Assembly: GCA_013265495.1 (NCBI GenBank)
Contig: MU058717.1
Coordinates: 1 to 64,000, forward strand
Direction of reading: 5' to 3'
Length of the DNA: 64,000 bases
From: Vicugna vicugna
Lineage: Eukaryota
Shown: positions 36,901 to 58,125 of the stretch, piece after piece
Numbering within the stretch: the first letter of the stretch is position 1
Layout of the letters: each line of letters opens with the position of its first letter
Translations under genes and position numbers: made by a program
Notes under the pieces: model-generated
What the model was told of the DNA's origin: nothing
Seen by the model: only the letters and a program-made list of their open reading frames with translations
Database searches by the model: none

Positions 36901-39900
36901 TTTGATTTAGTCTTCAGGGATGAGTAGGAGTTCTCCAAGGCAGGAAGGGACATTCCAGATGGTGAGGGCAGCATGTGCGGAGGCACAGAAGCTGGGAGCT
37001 TTTGACAAGTTCGGAAATGGGCGGGCCAGCATGGCTAAAACGTACAAGTTTGGCAGGAGACAGGTTGATAGAGTTGGCCGATGCTAGACTGTGATGACTT
37101 AAGGTGGTGGTTTCAAAATTGTGACCACAACCCACAGTAAAATAATAATAATAGTAATAACAACAACAATAATAACAATAATACATCACGATGCACTTAT
37201 ATATAATTAACATTCAGTTTCATGAACAATACTTGCTCTTTCTACATGCAGTGAACTCTATTTTCTCTCTCTGTCTTTAAAATTCTGGATTTTAACCCAC
37301 TAATTTGATTTCACTGTCCACTGTGGTTACACCCATCATTTGTGCTTCAAATGCAGTTCCACTCACCATTTGAAAAACTTAGGGGTAAGACATTTGATCT
37401 TTATTTTGTAAGCACTGGCGAGCCACAGAAGGCTTTCAAGCAAGGAGAAGTGTGATCAAATATATATTTTTTAAATTAACCTTGGCAGCAGGGTAGAAGA
37501 TGGAGGGAAAGAGATGGAGGCAGGGCAATGCCACCAGTACACACACATTCATACCACACCCTTAGACCATGGCAAGGACAAAGTCAAGGATGCTCAGAAT
37601 GTGGGCAGTGGGGCAGAGGCAGACAGCACCCCCTCCCACCCATAACTCACGGTTGCAGCTCTTGCCATCTGCCTGGAGCTGCCGCCCCTCAGGGCATAGG
37701 CAGCGGTAGGAGAGGCCCTCGCTCACGCACTGGAACTCGCATCCGTGGTCTACACCATTGCAGAGGTCCCGGGCTTAAAGGAGAGACAAGTCAGGATGAG
37801 ATGAGTCAGGGTGGACTCCACTGGCTAAGATCCCTTGCTCCTCTGCACAAACGCGGGAGACCCCTCCTCACCTTGACAGCTCCTCCCATCGGGCAGCAAG
37901 TCGTGGCCCTCTCTGCAGCGGCACCGTGGCCCACCAAAGGTGCTAACACACTCGTGCTGGCAGCTGTGGTTCCCGAAGCTGCAGTGGTCAATGGCTGGTG
38001 GGAAAAACAGCAAGACGGCACTTCTGATTGGAGCCATCAGAGCCCTTGGTCCAGCATGTTCAATGGGGGGCTCTCTCACCCCTGCAGCTCCTCTGGACCT
38101 GCTGGAGTACAAAGCCTGCCCGGCAGCGACAAAAATAGGAGCCCGGGGAGCTGACACAGTAATGCTCACAGCCATGGGTCCCTTCAGCGCACAGGTCGAT
38201 GGCTGAGAAAGAGGTGAGGTCAGCATATGCCCGGGGATGCACTTCTCAGCCCTGACAGCACAACCCCCTGGGGAGCTTTTTAAAAACACCTATGCCTGGA
38301 CCCCAGCCCCCACAGATCCTGACCTAATTAGCCTGGGCTTTACCCAGGCATCTCTGATTTCTCTAAGTGTACACCTTCTTCCCACTGGGCCAACTCAAGC
38401 CCCAGATGTATCCCAGCATGCCTGTTACTAAGCCATGCATGAAAACGGGAATCCACAGTTGTAGAAGACAAGACTCCTGCCCTCCAGATGCTCACTAACT
38501 CACAGGGAAGGAGAAGGCTCTGCCACTTTACCTGTCTGAGCCTCCATTTCCCCATCTGTAAAATGGATATATAAGGGAAGAGAGCAATTGCTGTTTACAA
38601 CTGCCTTCTGAAGAGACAGAACTATTGCCCTGTTGAGGATCTTGATGGTTTAGATGTGCATATATGGCCAAGAGCTGAACTGGGGAATAGGGACTGAGGA
38701 GAGGTGAGTTGTCCTGCACAAGGTGTGAGAATTTAGAGTTCTTAGAAAAGAGATGGTGTGAAGGTGAGTAATTGTGGACTGAGTTTGCCAGTGAAAAGTT
38801 CCCTGTAGCAGGGTGACTAAGGACTTTCAGGATCAAGGGTGTCTAATATTCAGTTATACATAACGGGTGTTTCTTTTTCTGTGTGTATGTTTGACTTCAC
38901 TCAAAGTGTCAACTTCACACCCCTTTCCACCCTCATCTTTAGTAAAATAGGCATATGTGCAATTTACATACACACACACATGCTTTTGTGTGCACAAGTG
39001 TGGAAACCAAGGAAGAGACTAATTTACAGGCATGAATGAGAATAGTGTGGACTGAGAAATTGAGAGGACCCATAAATTAAACAAGTTCAGCAGAAGCCAC
39101 AGATGTAAGCACTTGAGGAATGCTCAGAGTTATTGGGGAGGGTTTTGAATGTTCACAGGTCATCAAATGGGGCTTCCAGCCAGCCTCTTCTAGGTTCCAG
39201 AAATAAGAAGACCCCAGCTGACATCTGGGTTATTAGAAACACAGGACCTCTTTTTCCAGAATGTTGTAAGGTTGCGAGATGATGTTACGTAACATGCCTA
39301 GGGCAATGTCTGACACTAACTTGGCATTCAATAAACAGTAGCTGCCATTATGATCAAAGGATTGGGCACACATATACATGAAAAAAAAATCCCAATGGCT
39401 TTAGCAAGGCATCGTGTGTGACAGCTTTTCAGAAGGCAGAAATGAAAAACCAGACCTTGTGAGATTTGCAGGTGCAGAAAGGAACAGCAAAGGCAGCCCA
39501 GGTGAGCAGCCCAGAAAGAACTGAGATGCAGAAGCAGCATATACGGAGGTGGGGAATGTAAGGGATATATGGAGACCCCAACTGAAGACCCCAACAGTGT
39601 CTAAGTAACAGAAACAGTAAAGATGTGCCTATGAAAAGACACAAGTTTGGGAGGTGTATTCGAGTCAGATAGAAGGCAAATCTGAAAGAGTGAGGAGAGA
39701 AGGCCGTTGAAAGCACACTTAACTGTGAGATCAAGATTTCTAGCCCTGGTGCCACCAAGGACTTGTGTGATCCCAGGCAATACCTTCCCTTTCTTAGACC
39801 TGTAAAGTGTGGGAGTTGGACTTTTACTTCATTGGATTGATGCCGAGCCAATAGGGAGCCACTGAAGGCTCAGGAGCAGTGAGACTGCAGGGCAGGTATA

Positions 39901-42121
39901 GCTCTCACCTGAACAGCTCTTGTTATCTGCTGCTAGCTGGTAGCCAGGGTTGCAGGCACAATGAAATGTGCCAGGGGCGCTGACACATTGGTGCTGGCAG
40001 CCGTGTCCCCCCTCAGCACACAGGTCCTTTCCTGAGGACATGCAAGAGTAGAATCAGCAGGGGACAAATGGGCAGAACCCTCCACAAGAGAGCTGAATGG
40101 GGTCAGAGGGAGACACCATGCTTAAGGATGTCTTTAGATGGAATATGACTCATTTCAGAGGGGCCAATCCAGGCGGGAGGGCTTAGGGAAAGTATAGGGC
40201 CTCTGTAGTTCCTGTGAATAGGCTCAGAAGACCAGGGCACCGGGCCAGATGTGTCATTGGGATAAGGGAGGACTACATGGAGTAAGGCATAGGAGGTGGA
40301 GAGATGCTAAATCAAGGTGAAGAGAGTAACTCAAGGTGTGATCGAACAGCTCTTGGAGCACTGTGGGAGGAGCTAAAATGAGAGTGGGCGGAGTAATGTT
40401 CAGGTGGGCGAGGTGTTCGGAGTGGGCGATTGCTCTCAGCTTTGAAGGGCAGTGCTCTGTGCATAGAGGGGCGGTTTTGGAGTTAGACATTAAGCCTGTG
40501 GCAAACCAAAACAGCTCATCAAGGTGGGCGGGGGCACTCTAAACTTTGCTCCTTGAGAGCGAAGCCTTAAGCAAAAGTGGGCAGAGCTGGATGGAATTCG
40601 ACAGAGCCTGCGGTAGGCCAGGGAAACGCAACGGCCTGGTGGGCGGGGCTAAAGATAAAATGAGCAAGGCCACCAGGGATGGTATGGATTCCCTGTGGTG
40701 GGAATGGAAATCTAAGCAGTTGGAGAATTCGAGACTAGCTCCAACGCTCCCCTCACTCACGACACAGCCGGCCCTGGAACTGCAGGCCAAACTCCCGGAT
40801 AAGGTCGAAGGACTCAACGAGGAAGACGTGCTCGTCCAGCGGGGGAGACGCCATAGCGCGCAGGGAACCCACGTCGGCGCGCTGCACCCCCACCGCGTAG
40901 ATCTCGATGCCGCGGGCGCGCGCCTGTGCCGCCACCTCGGCCACGCGGTCCTGGGGCCGCCCGTCGGTCACGATGACGGCGACGCGCGGCACGCGTTCCT
41001 CAGGCGGGCGGGCGCCCTCGGCCACGCTGAAGGCCACATTCATGGCGTACTGGATTGCCAGCCCGGTCATGGTGCCCTGCGCCAGCGGTACTAAAGCCCA
41101 GATGGCGCGCTCCATATCCTCGCGGCGCGAGAAGGCGCCGAGCGGGAAAACCCTCTGCACTTGACTCGAATACTGGATCACGCCGACGCGCGTGGCGTTG
41201 GGCCCCACGTCCAAGCTGCGGAGGAGGCCCACCAGGAACTGCCGCATCGTCTCGAACTCGAAGGGGCGCACACTGCGCGAGCTGTCAACCACGAACACCA
41301 AATCTAGGGGCCCAGTACGGCACCTGGGACCTGTGAGGAAACCAGGGAGGACTTTCCTAGGTTAGCAAAGCCTAACTTCCCATAAGACACCTCCGCCCCC
41401 ACCAGGGAAACCGAGGGCATAATAGCGCCCAGCACAGAATTAATCTAGCAAATGCAAGTTAGATCCATTCACTACCCCATCATCTGCTGAGGGCCTGGGC
41501 TGTCAGACTGTACCAAATCTCTATCCTACAGCTCTGAGGGCTATTCTCAGGAGGTATTTATCCATTCAGGAGGGGGCGAGGGGATGTCACAAACTCAAAT
41601 GCCTATAGGAGCCATGCAGGCAACATGAATGAGTGAACGGGCTGGTTAGGATGGTGGACACCCAGAGAGCCCGTATCCCTCCTAAAGTGGGTGGCTGCAG
41701 CCAAATGTTGCCTTGCAGCCGTGAGGACCCCATGTTAGCAGATCTTTGGACTTTTCAAGAGAAGCCCCAAGAGTTTTTATGTGACATCTGCTTTTTTTTT
41801 CAATTATTTTTTTTAATTAAACACCGACTGGGCAGTTCTACATGAGCCCAACTTGCTTACATCCAAGTCACATCCTTTCGATGGGGACACTGAGGCCCAG
41901 AGAAGTGAAGCAGTGAACTGGAACTCTGCCCCTTATGGTTCCAAAGCTCTTGCTTTTCTCTCCCTAGCAGGCAGTTGGCTGTAGATGGAGAATCGGCTTT
42001 TGCTTCCCTCCCCCTGCTGGTGAAGGCTGGACTCCGGCTCACCTGCGAACTGGAGCTGGGTTTCCCAGGGCTGGAGAAGGAGCAGCAACGTGGGCAGCAG
42101 CGAACGTAGGAGCCCCCTCAT
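32250..42121 (-). CDS. MATN4: Matrilin-4, 624 aa; coding exons 42121-42043, 41330-40761 (vWA1), 40031-39909, 38202-38080, 37994-37872, 37773-37651 (EGF1-4), 36108-35695, 35593-35441 (vWA2), 32498-32391, 32308-32250 (coiled coil)
   Basis: Signal [18 protein letters not shown]; two vWA domains with DxSxS MIDAS motifs; four 123-nt EGF exons; C-terminus SPCECES...[19 protein letters not shown]; phases consistent, 1875 nt. Confidence 0.97.
32309..32390 (-). other. MATN4: U12-type (minor spliceosome) AT-AC intron of MATN4, 82 nt
   Basis: Minus strand 5'ss ATATCCTTT, branch site TTCCTTAAC (32324-32316), 3'ss AC; splicing restores the coiled-coil frame. Confidence 0.93.
33053..33215 (+). mobile_element. 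tRNA-derived SINE (Vic-1-like) with (TAAA)n, inserted in a MER3-like hAT element (about 32965-33335)
   Basis: ggggagggtatagcttaagtggtagagtgcatgcttagc...gtcctgggttcaatccccagtacc; (TAAA)n at about 33137-33181. Confidence 0.9.
33385..33577. mobile_element. MER5A-like hAT-Charlie MITE
   Basis: cagtggttctc...ttaagaaccactg terminal inverted repeats; internal ccccagacctactgaatcagaaactctgggg. Confidence 0.75.
33881..33986 (+). repeat. (GAAA)n microsatellite, about 105 bp
   Basis: Directly visible tetranucleotide run. Confidence 0.97.
36341..36366 (+). repeat. (CAT)n microsatellite
   Basis: tcatcatcatcatcatcatcatcat. Confidence 0.9.
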
Positions 42122-42879
42122 GGCGCTTGGGGAATGGTGAACGGAGGTATCAGAGTCTGAAGGGAGGAAGGAAAAATAGCAAAGCAATGGTATTTACAGA
42201 GTTCTTATTCTAGGTGATGGGCGTTTTGAGGGAGAGGTGGGTCATGGATTTATTTTATTAATCTCTCTACTTTTGTATATGTTTGAAATTTTTCATAGTA
42301 AAAAATTTCATTACGGCGAGATTGCTGGAGACATAAGGAACTCCACTTTGCAGAACCGCAATACAGTAAACAAACAGAAAGTAGATAAAAAATATACAAA
42401 ATTTAAAAAGCAAAAAACCTTTCCTAAATGCCAGGCACGGTGTAAAACGCTTTTCATGCATTGCGGCAGTCACTGAATCCTCTCCACAATTCTGTGAGTC
42501 TAAGACTGTTGTTGTTTCCATTGCACAGATGAGGAAACAAGCTCAGAAAAGTTCAGCGCTGGTAAGAAAGTGACTGCGCCAGGATTCAGTCCTATGCCGG
42601 TGAGATTCCGAGGACTAGCCGAGGTGAACCTTTGCAGACTGAAGCCATTTCCCACCTCCGCCCCTCCCTTTGTACACAAGGTGCCTCCGTGCGGCTGTCC
42701 TCCCTCCTACCGCGACCCACCGCATTCAGACAGGCACCGCCCCAACTGCAGGTCCTCATCACATTGGCCAAAACCCACCACTCAGATGAACTCGGAATTT
42801 GGTACCGTCCTTCCCGGCTGCTCTCAGGAAAGGCCGCCAGGGGGCACCTTCCCGAGTATGGCTGTGTAGGCTAGGTGGC

Positions 42880-42909
42880 CGTGGGAAGCCCACATCTGCC
42901 CAGCAGGTG
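42880..42909. promoter_or_regulatory. RBPJL: PTF1-type composite site in the RBPJL promoter: CSL/TC-box CGTGGGAA (42880-42887) plus E-boxes CATCTG (42893-42898) and CAGGTG (42904-42909)
   Basis: E-boxes lie about one and two helical turns from the TC-box, roughly 180-200 nt upstream of the RBPJL ATG. Confidence 0.7.
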
Positions 42910-43083
42910 CCCCTGCCCAGAGCAAACATGGGGCCGGGAGCCCCAGGGCCTTGGAGATAAGGCTTGGGCAGGATATATCTGGCGCTAGGGCCGAGGAGCA
43001 GAAGTGCGCTGGGTTCCCGGGACATTGGCATTGGACGCGCCTTGAAGGCGGTGAGGAGCCGTCCAGGGCCTCGGAGAGCGATC

Positions 43084-52146
<9,063 letters not shown>

Positions 52147-55100
52147 TCAGCGCGGCCTGGACGCTGAGGCTGCCGCCGCTGAGGGGCGCGCCGGGGCCTA
52201 GCACCAGGGCCGGTTTTCTGGGTCCTAGGCCCTGCCCCCTGCCACTTTGCCGCGGAAGTGAAGCATGCAGCCAGAGCAGCAGCAGGCACTCGCCCTAGAA
52301 ACCCAGCCCGGCGGATCTTACGGGTCTTTTTCAGCCTACGAAGACACGACCTGAGTGATGCTCCCTTTGTGACCAGTTAGGAATGTGGCTTTCCCTGTCT
52401 TTGCCTCTGTTTCATTCTCTAAATCAATCACACACACTCTCTCCCTCTAACTTTGTAGATCTCTCTTATTCCTACATCCCTATCCCTCCATCTTTCTCTT
52501 TCTCCTTCCATGTGTCTTGCATGCAGTTTCACACACCAGTGAAAAGCCAAGCCCAGGGCATCTACCCTCCAGGCAGCCGTGTCTCCCCTGGAAGAGAAAA
52601 CACACAGTTTCACACACCCAAGTGTGGGGCACCGGCTCATGAGGTGTGGCCTGCTTGCTCTGAAGCACCAGGTCCTGCCTGGAATATGAGGTATGACCTA
52701 CTGTGCCGGGTTCCACCTGGAGCTCCAGGTCCCTTCTGGAACACTGGATCCCACCCAAAGCACGGAGTCCCTCCTGGAGTGTGAAGGGCTTGCCCTGGAG
52801 TACTGGGTTCCACCCTGGAATACAAAGTTCTAACCCCAAATTGGACTTTCTGTGGCTGCTGTGAAGCCCAGGACTTACACTGGTGTTTGCTTTCCTGCCC
52901 ATAACTTTGGTGGCTGGGCAGGTGCCTGGGGCCGTGGCCAGGTCTTTCCATCTTAACTGAACAGAGCCAAATCTCTGGAAGGCCCAGTAAGATGCAGTCC
53001 TGAGGGTCTGAGATTACTCTCTTGTGCTAGCATCAACCTCTGTCCAAGGCAGCGCCTGATCTGTATGATGCAACTCACCACCAGGGGAAGTTCCCCAGGG
53101 TACTTCTACACAGACACACAGAGAAAGGACCACATGAGTGATGGAGCAGGGAGCTTACATTTCTGACCTCTTCTGGAGGAGGAAAGGGATTCAGATGCAG
53201 CCAGCATCCCTGAGCCCCTGTCCTTGCCCTGGAAGCCACCTGTTGCCTCTGAGGACTTTACCCTACTAGGCTTCTCTCCATCTCAAGCAAAGATGCACCT
53301 GAGGCCCAGGGCAACCACAGGATGCAAAACAAAACTTTCCCAGGACAACTCCAGGCAGAACTCTTGGGGCTGACTGGGCGATAACCCAGCAGAGAGAGGA
53401 GCTTTTGCATGGTGCTCAGGGACCAAATCCTAACCATCCCTGGCCAGCCTTCCCACCCTCAGCTAAATCCGTGCTCTACAGGGAGGGTCCTGGCTCCGGC
53501 TGTTGGAACGGTGGGCACAGATATTATAGGTGCCATGTCCCTGTACCAGCCCCTTGGGGTGCCAAATGGGGAAACCTGGTCTGAAAAGTGAGTTCAGAGT
53601 TCTCATCCCTCTGGGCCCGTCTTTGTACTCTTGAGTAAGTTCATTTCCTGTGAAACTCCTCCCCTAGCAAGTGGGAACCACGCCTCCCCACACTTTCTTG
53701 AGAAAGAAGAAAGTGACATTTCCCAAGGGAATGAAAAGGGGTTTGCTCTTTAAGCTCCTCAAAGTCTTGACTAAGTTCTGTCCTCAGCAGCCCAAAACCC
53801 ACAATGTTGGGAAAAGAGAAGCTTGTTCAAAGCCCGTCATGACTCCTGAGAGTGGCTCCTGGCTGAGGAAGGCAGGGAACAAGTTGATGGGAAATGTCTC
53901 CGACAAGAGTGCCCGCCGCCAGGAGAGTTTGAGCTCACTGCCCCGTGACGCTGTTGAAGCGAGAAGCCACTTGTAAAGCAGCTAAGAGGAGTTTCATAAC
54001 ATGAGGAGTTGGGGGCTCAAGGGCCCTTCCTGCCCTCAAGAACTTCCTCCGCCACTCCACAAGGCAGCAGTCCCAGAAGCCAAGGACCCAGGCTGGCCAG
54101 AAAGCCCAGCCATGCAGCTCTTTTTTTTTTTTCCCCACACCCCTCAGGGCATCCCAGGACCCTTCATCTCACCTACATACCCACCTGAAAGTCTATGTCT
54201 TCTGATTTCCAGCTGCTGGGTTAGAGGTCTTCCCAGCCCCCAGGCTGAATCCATCCAACATCAAACTCCCCTCCTCCCTCCCTCCCTCCTTCCCTCTCTC
54301 CTTCCTCCTCTCCTCTTCCTCCACTACTGCTCTGCTCTCCAAACCCAGCTCTTCAAATCTTCTTCGAGATTTCCCCCAAGAGAATCTGGCTGCATAATTT
54401 GTGGGGCCCAGGGCAAAAAGGAAATGTATGACCTCCTTGTTAAAAAATCATTATGACTTTCAAGACAGCGATATCAGAGCATGAAATCAAGGCAGGGCCC
54501 CGCTAAGCACGGGGCTTTGTGTGACTGCCCAGATCACAAGGCCAAGAAGCCAGCCCTGGCCCCAGGATTCCCACCTCATGTTTCCATAGAACCCCACCAT
54601 GTACTGCCCACCGTGGATCAAAGGGCTTTCATGTACATGCCAGTTGTCCCATCTAGACTGTGAGTTTGGGGTGGAAAGGAGCTCGTCGCTGCGTGCCCTA
54701 GGAGGTGCATTACAATGCTCTGAACCTTGGTTGGCGCTCAATAAACAGCAAATTGCCTTGCACTGCCTTGGCAGGTATTTGGATTTTGCAAGTGCAAAGT
54801 GAAACCAGCAGGTGGCACTGTTCTCCTCCAAGAATTGGCGTTTTCATTTATAGTTAAACAGCTAGGGTCCTTAAAGATAATCTTAACTTCTTCATGCTCT
54901 CAGCATCAGAACCCTATTGGGTTGAGAATCATTGCTCTAGTCCATATTTCCTCCTCATTTTACAGATGGGGAAACAGGCTCTGAGAGAGAAGGTCCATGA
55001 AGCACTGAGAACAGGTTGATGGCAGAGCCAGATTTGAATGCTATACTTTTAATGCTAAGTCTGGGGGCTCTGAGATTCTTTTAATCTACATTATACTCTT

Positions 55101-55772
55101 TAACACTCTTCTTTCAGTTCCTCGCTAGGTGTAGGTAGAGTGTGTGTGGACTGGGGAAAAGCTGGTCTTCTGGTTTAAACATTGACTTTTGGGTTTCTCT
55201 CTCACTCTTCTGTTGAGTTTTCTCAACTTAAAAGAAACCCGTTATAACCACAGTGTGGCTAAAATTCTCAGACATCTTACTCTCTGGGGAGGATGCTGAG
55301 GGCACAGACTGTGAAGATGGCAGGGGAGAGGAAGTGGCTTTAAGTGTAATGAAACTAGTAAGACATATATACTAAGTTCTGCAAGGGTCAGCCTGACCAT
55401 ACACACCCATAAAGGCCCCTACCAGTTAGACTTGGCTCTGTTCCAGACCACAAGGGACAAAGGCAGGTAGGGCAGCTGAGCTACAATAACACTTTCAGTG
55501 GTAAAGTGGTAAACACCTGTTACAGCCAGCTGCTCGCCTCCCGGTTGGATAGGAGGGGCAGGTGACGTTCAGGAGGGAAGGCAGAGCCTTGTGACCAAGT
55601 TCTTTATGGACTCACTCTGGTTATAGAGTGTTAAGGTGGGGCCCACTCTGCCAAGCTCATCGCCAAGCCCCCATCTGGTTCAAAACATCCTCCTTCTGAC
55701 CCTGCATCACTAGCACCTTATCCAGGGTCGGAATCTCTGTGCATGGCTGGTTTTGTCCATATACCCACAGAC

Positions 55773-56290
55773 AGATGGTCCCCAAATGACCATAGTTCAA
55801 CTTACGATTTTCCCACTTCACGCTGGTGCGAAAGCGATGTGCGTTCAGTGGAAACCGTACTTGGAATTTTGAATTTTGATATTTTTCCCGGGCCAGTGAT
55901 ATGCCGTCTGACCTTCTCTCCCAATCCTGGGCAGCGGTGGGGAGCCTCAGTTCCCGGCCAGTAGCCAGCCACACGACTGATCTTGAGGGTGAAGAGTTGA
56001 TACCCTTACAACCATGCTGCGCCCAGACAGCCACTCTGCTTCTCACTCTCAGTACAGCATCAATAAATTACGCGAGATGTTCAGCACTTCATTACAAACT
56101 AGGCTTTGTGTTAACGACTGCCTGACTGTAGGCGAACGTCAGTGTTCTGAGGACATTTAAGGTGGGCAGGGCTACGCAATGATGTTCGGGAGGTTAGGCG
56201 TATTAAATGCGTTTTCAAGCTAACTATGTTTTCAACTTATGGTGGGTTTATCTGGACATATCCCCCATTGTAAGTCAAGAAAGATCCAGA
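55773..56290 (-). mobile_element. MER47/Tigger5-like DNA transposon remnant
   Basis: cagatggtcccc..ttcaacttacgat...tcaacttatggtgggtttatc..cccattgtaagtcaag matches MER47 termini as I recall them. Confidence 0.7.
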
Positions 56291-56704
56291 TATACATACA
56301 CTGTATGTATGTACATACATTCCCTTCTCCCCACACTCATATGTATTTTCAGAAGGCTTACCTTTAAATGAAGGAATGCGGATCAAATGGTGGCTTTTCA
56401 GACAACAGCCAAGCTGTATGGACTAGCTGGGTGAGTTTGGCAAGCTCAGGTCACCTAACCTCTCTGGGCCTCAGCTTCTTCTTCTGTAAGTGGGGAAAAT
56501 AGTATTTGTTTCATAAGATGCCGTTAAGAATAAAATAATATATGTAAAGAAAGCACTTTCAACACTGGCCCAGAGTTAACCAATTTCTATGGGCTTTTGC
56601 TGCCACTGTTACTCCAGAAGCACTTTCAGAGATGATCCAGTACCGCAGTCTTCCTCCCATTTCAGTGAGGAATTTGATGGTCCAGCAAAGGTACGTGGCC
56701 CTCC

Positions 56705-57275
56705 TGTATTGGTTTTCTGTGTTACATAACTAATTACCACAAACATAGCTGGTTAAAACAACACCGTTTATTGTCCCAAAGTTTCCGTGGGTTAGGAGTC
56801 CACAGTTTAGCTGGGTCTTCTGCTGAGGGGCTCCCAAGATTGTCATCAAGGTGTAAGCCAGGGAGGGCTGCAGTCTCCCTTGAGCACAGGGTCCTTTGCC
56901 AACTTCATGCGGTTGTTGGCAAAATCCATGTCCTTGTAGCTGCAGAACTCATGGCAGCTTGTGTCTTCAGGGCCAACAGGAGAGCATCACTCTTATCAGG
57001 AAGGTTCCAGATCCCTGTCTCCATATTTTCAACTGATTAAGCCTGGCCCAACCAGGATACTCTCCCTTGTTATTAATTCAAAACCCAGCTAATGTGGGAC
57101 CTTGATTACCTCTGCAACATCCCTTCAACTATGCCGTCTCAGGTAACCTTACCATGGGAGTGACATCCATTCATCATACTGACAGGTCCCATTCACAATC
57201 AAGGGGACGAAATATATGGGAAGTCTGCACCACGGAGCAGACAACTTGGGGGCCATCTTAGAATTCTGACTATCC
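56705..57275 (-). mobile_element. MaLR LTR (MLT1-type)
   Basis: tgtattggttttct..ataac.aattaccacaaac...ttgggggccatcttagaattctgac. Confidence 0.7.
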
Positions 57276-58119
57276 CACTCTCCGAAGCCACATAGCAAAC
57301 TATTGGCAAGGAGGACATCTCTGGCCTGTAGGCATCCCCGTGCCCAATGGAGGAATTGCCCCATATAGGGACAGTGCTTCTGCTGCCTCAGAATTGGCAG
57401 GATCATGAACAAAACTGTCATTGCGACTAGTTCCCATTGGTCACACCAGTCAGCTTTCATTGTGAGGGAGGACTACAGAAGGGCAGGAATCCCCGGGGGC
57501 AAGACTCCTTAGAAGCCATCTTAAAGGCTGGTTACTGTCACCCCATTGCTGGTCAACTCTGAACAGGGGTTAATGTATCTGGAGAGCTAACCCCGAGTGG
57601 AACTTGGGGTAACATTATTTCTGAGAATTGGGCAGGGGATGCAAAATGGTTTTGGGCAATATTGGTCAAGCAGGTGACGTGAGTGAAGCAGGTGGACAGA
57701 CTGTGGCAAAGCAGAGAACTTGCCTCCTGATGGGGACCCGCCTGTCTGCAACTCCCAGTGGTGGCCATGCAGCCTGAGAGCTGTCAGAGCTTGACTCCAC
57801 CCCTCTTAAGAAAAGTGGCGAATCCAGATTTTTGTGGGAAACATCCTTATTTCCATAGCTGGCAACGAATCCAAGGATTTTTGTTTGTTTTCGAAACACA
57901 GTGCCGCCTAAACAAAACTCCGAGGTGGTCACGACATGCCCCACAGGCCACCGTGTGCATGTCCTGACTTCCCTTCCTCCTTCCCGGGCTCTTTCTTGGC
58001 TTCTGACATCTCTATCTCCATCTGGCAGCAATTATCCCAGGCTCCACTAAGATCAAGGGAAAGATGACATCTTACGAACTTTGAAATGATAGAGGCAGGC
58101 GATCTAGAAAGTACCAGGT

Positions 58120-58125
58120 TTTATT
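58120..58125 (-). terminator. SDC4: SDC4 polyA signal (AATAAA); 3'UTR about 58100-60042
   Basis: tttatt on the + strand about 1.9 kb downstream of the SDC4 stop. Confidence 0.65.

Noticed and set aside
35322..41336. Long plus-strand and alternative-frame ORFs over MATN4 exons
   Set aside because: Antisense shadows of GC-rich codon usage
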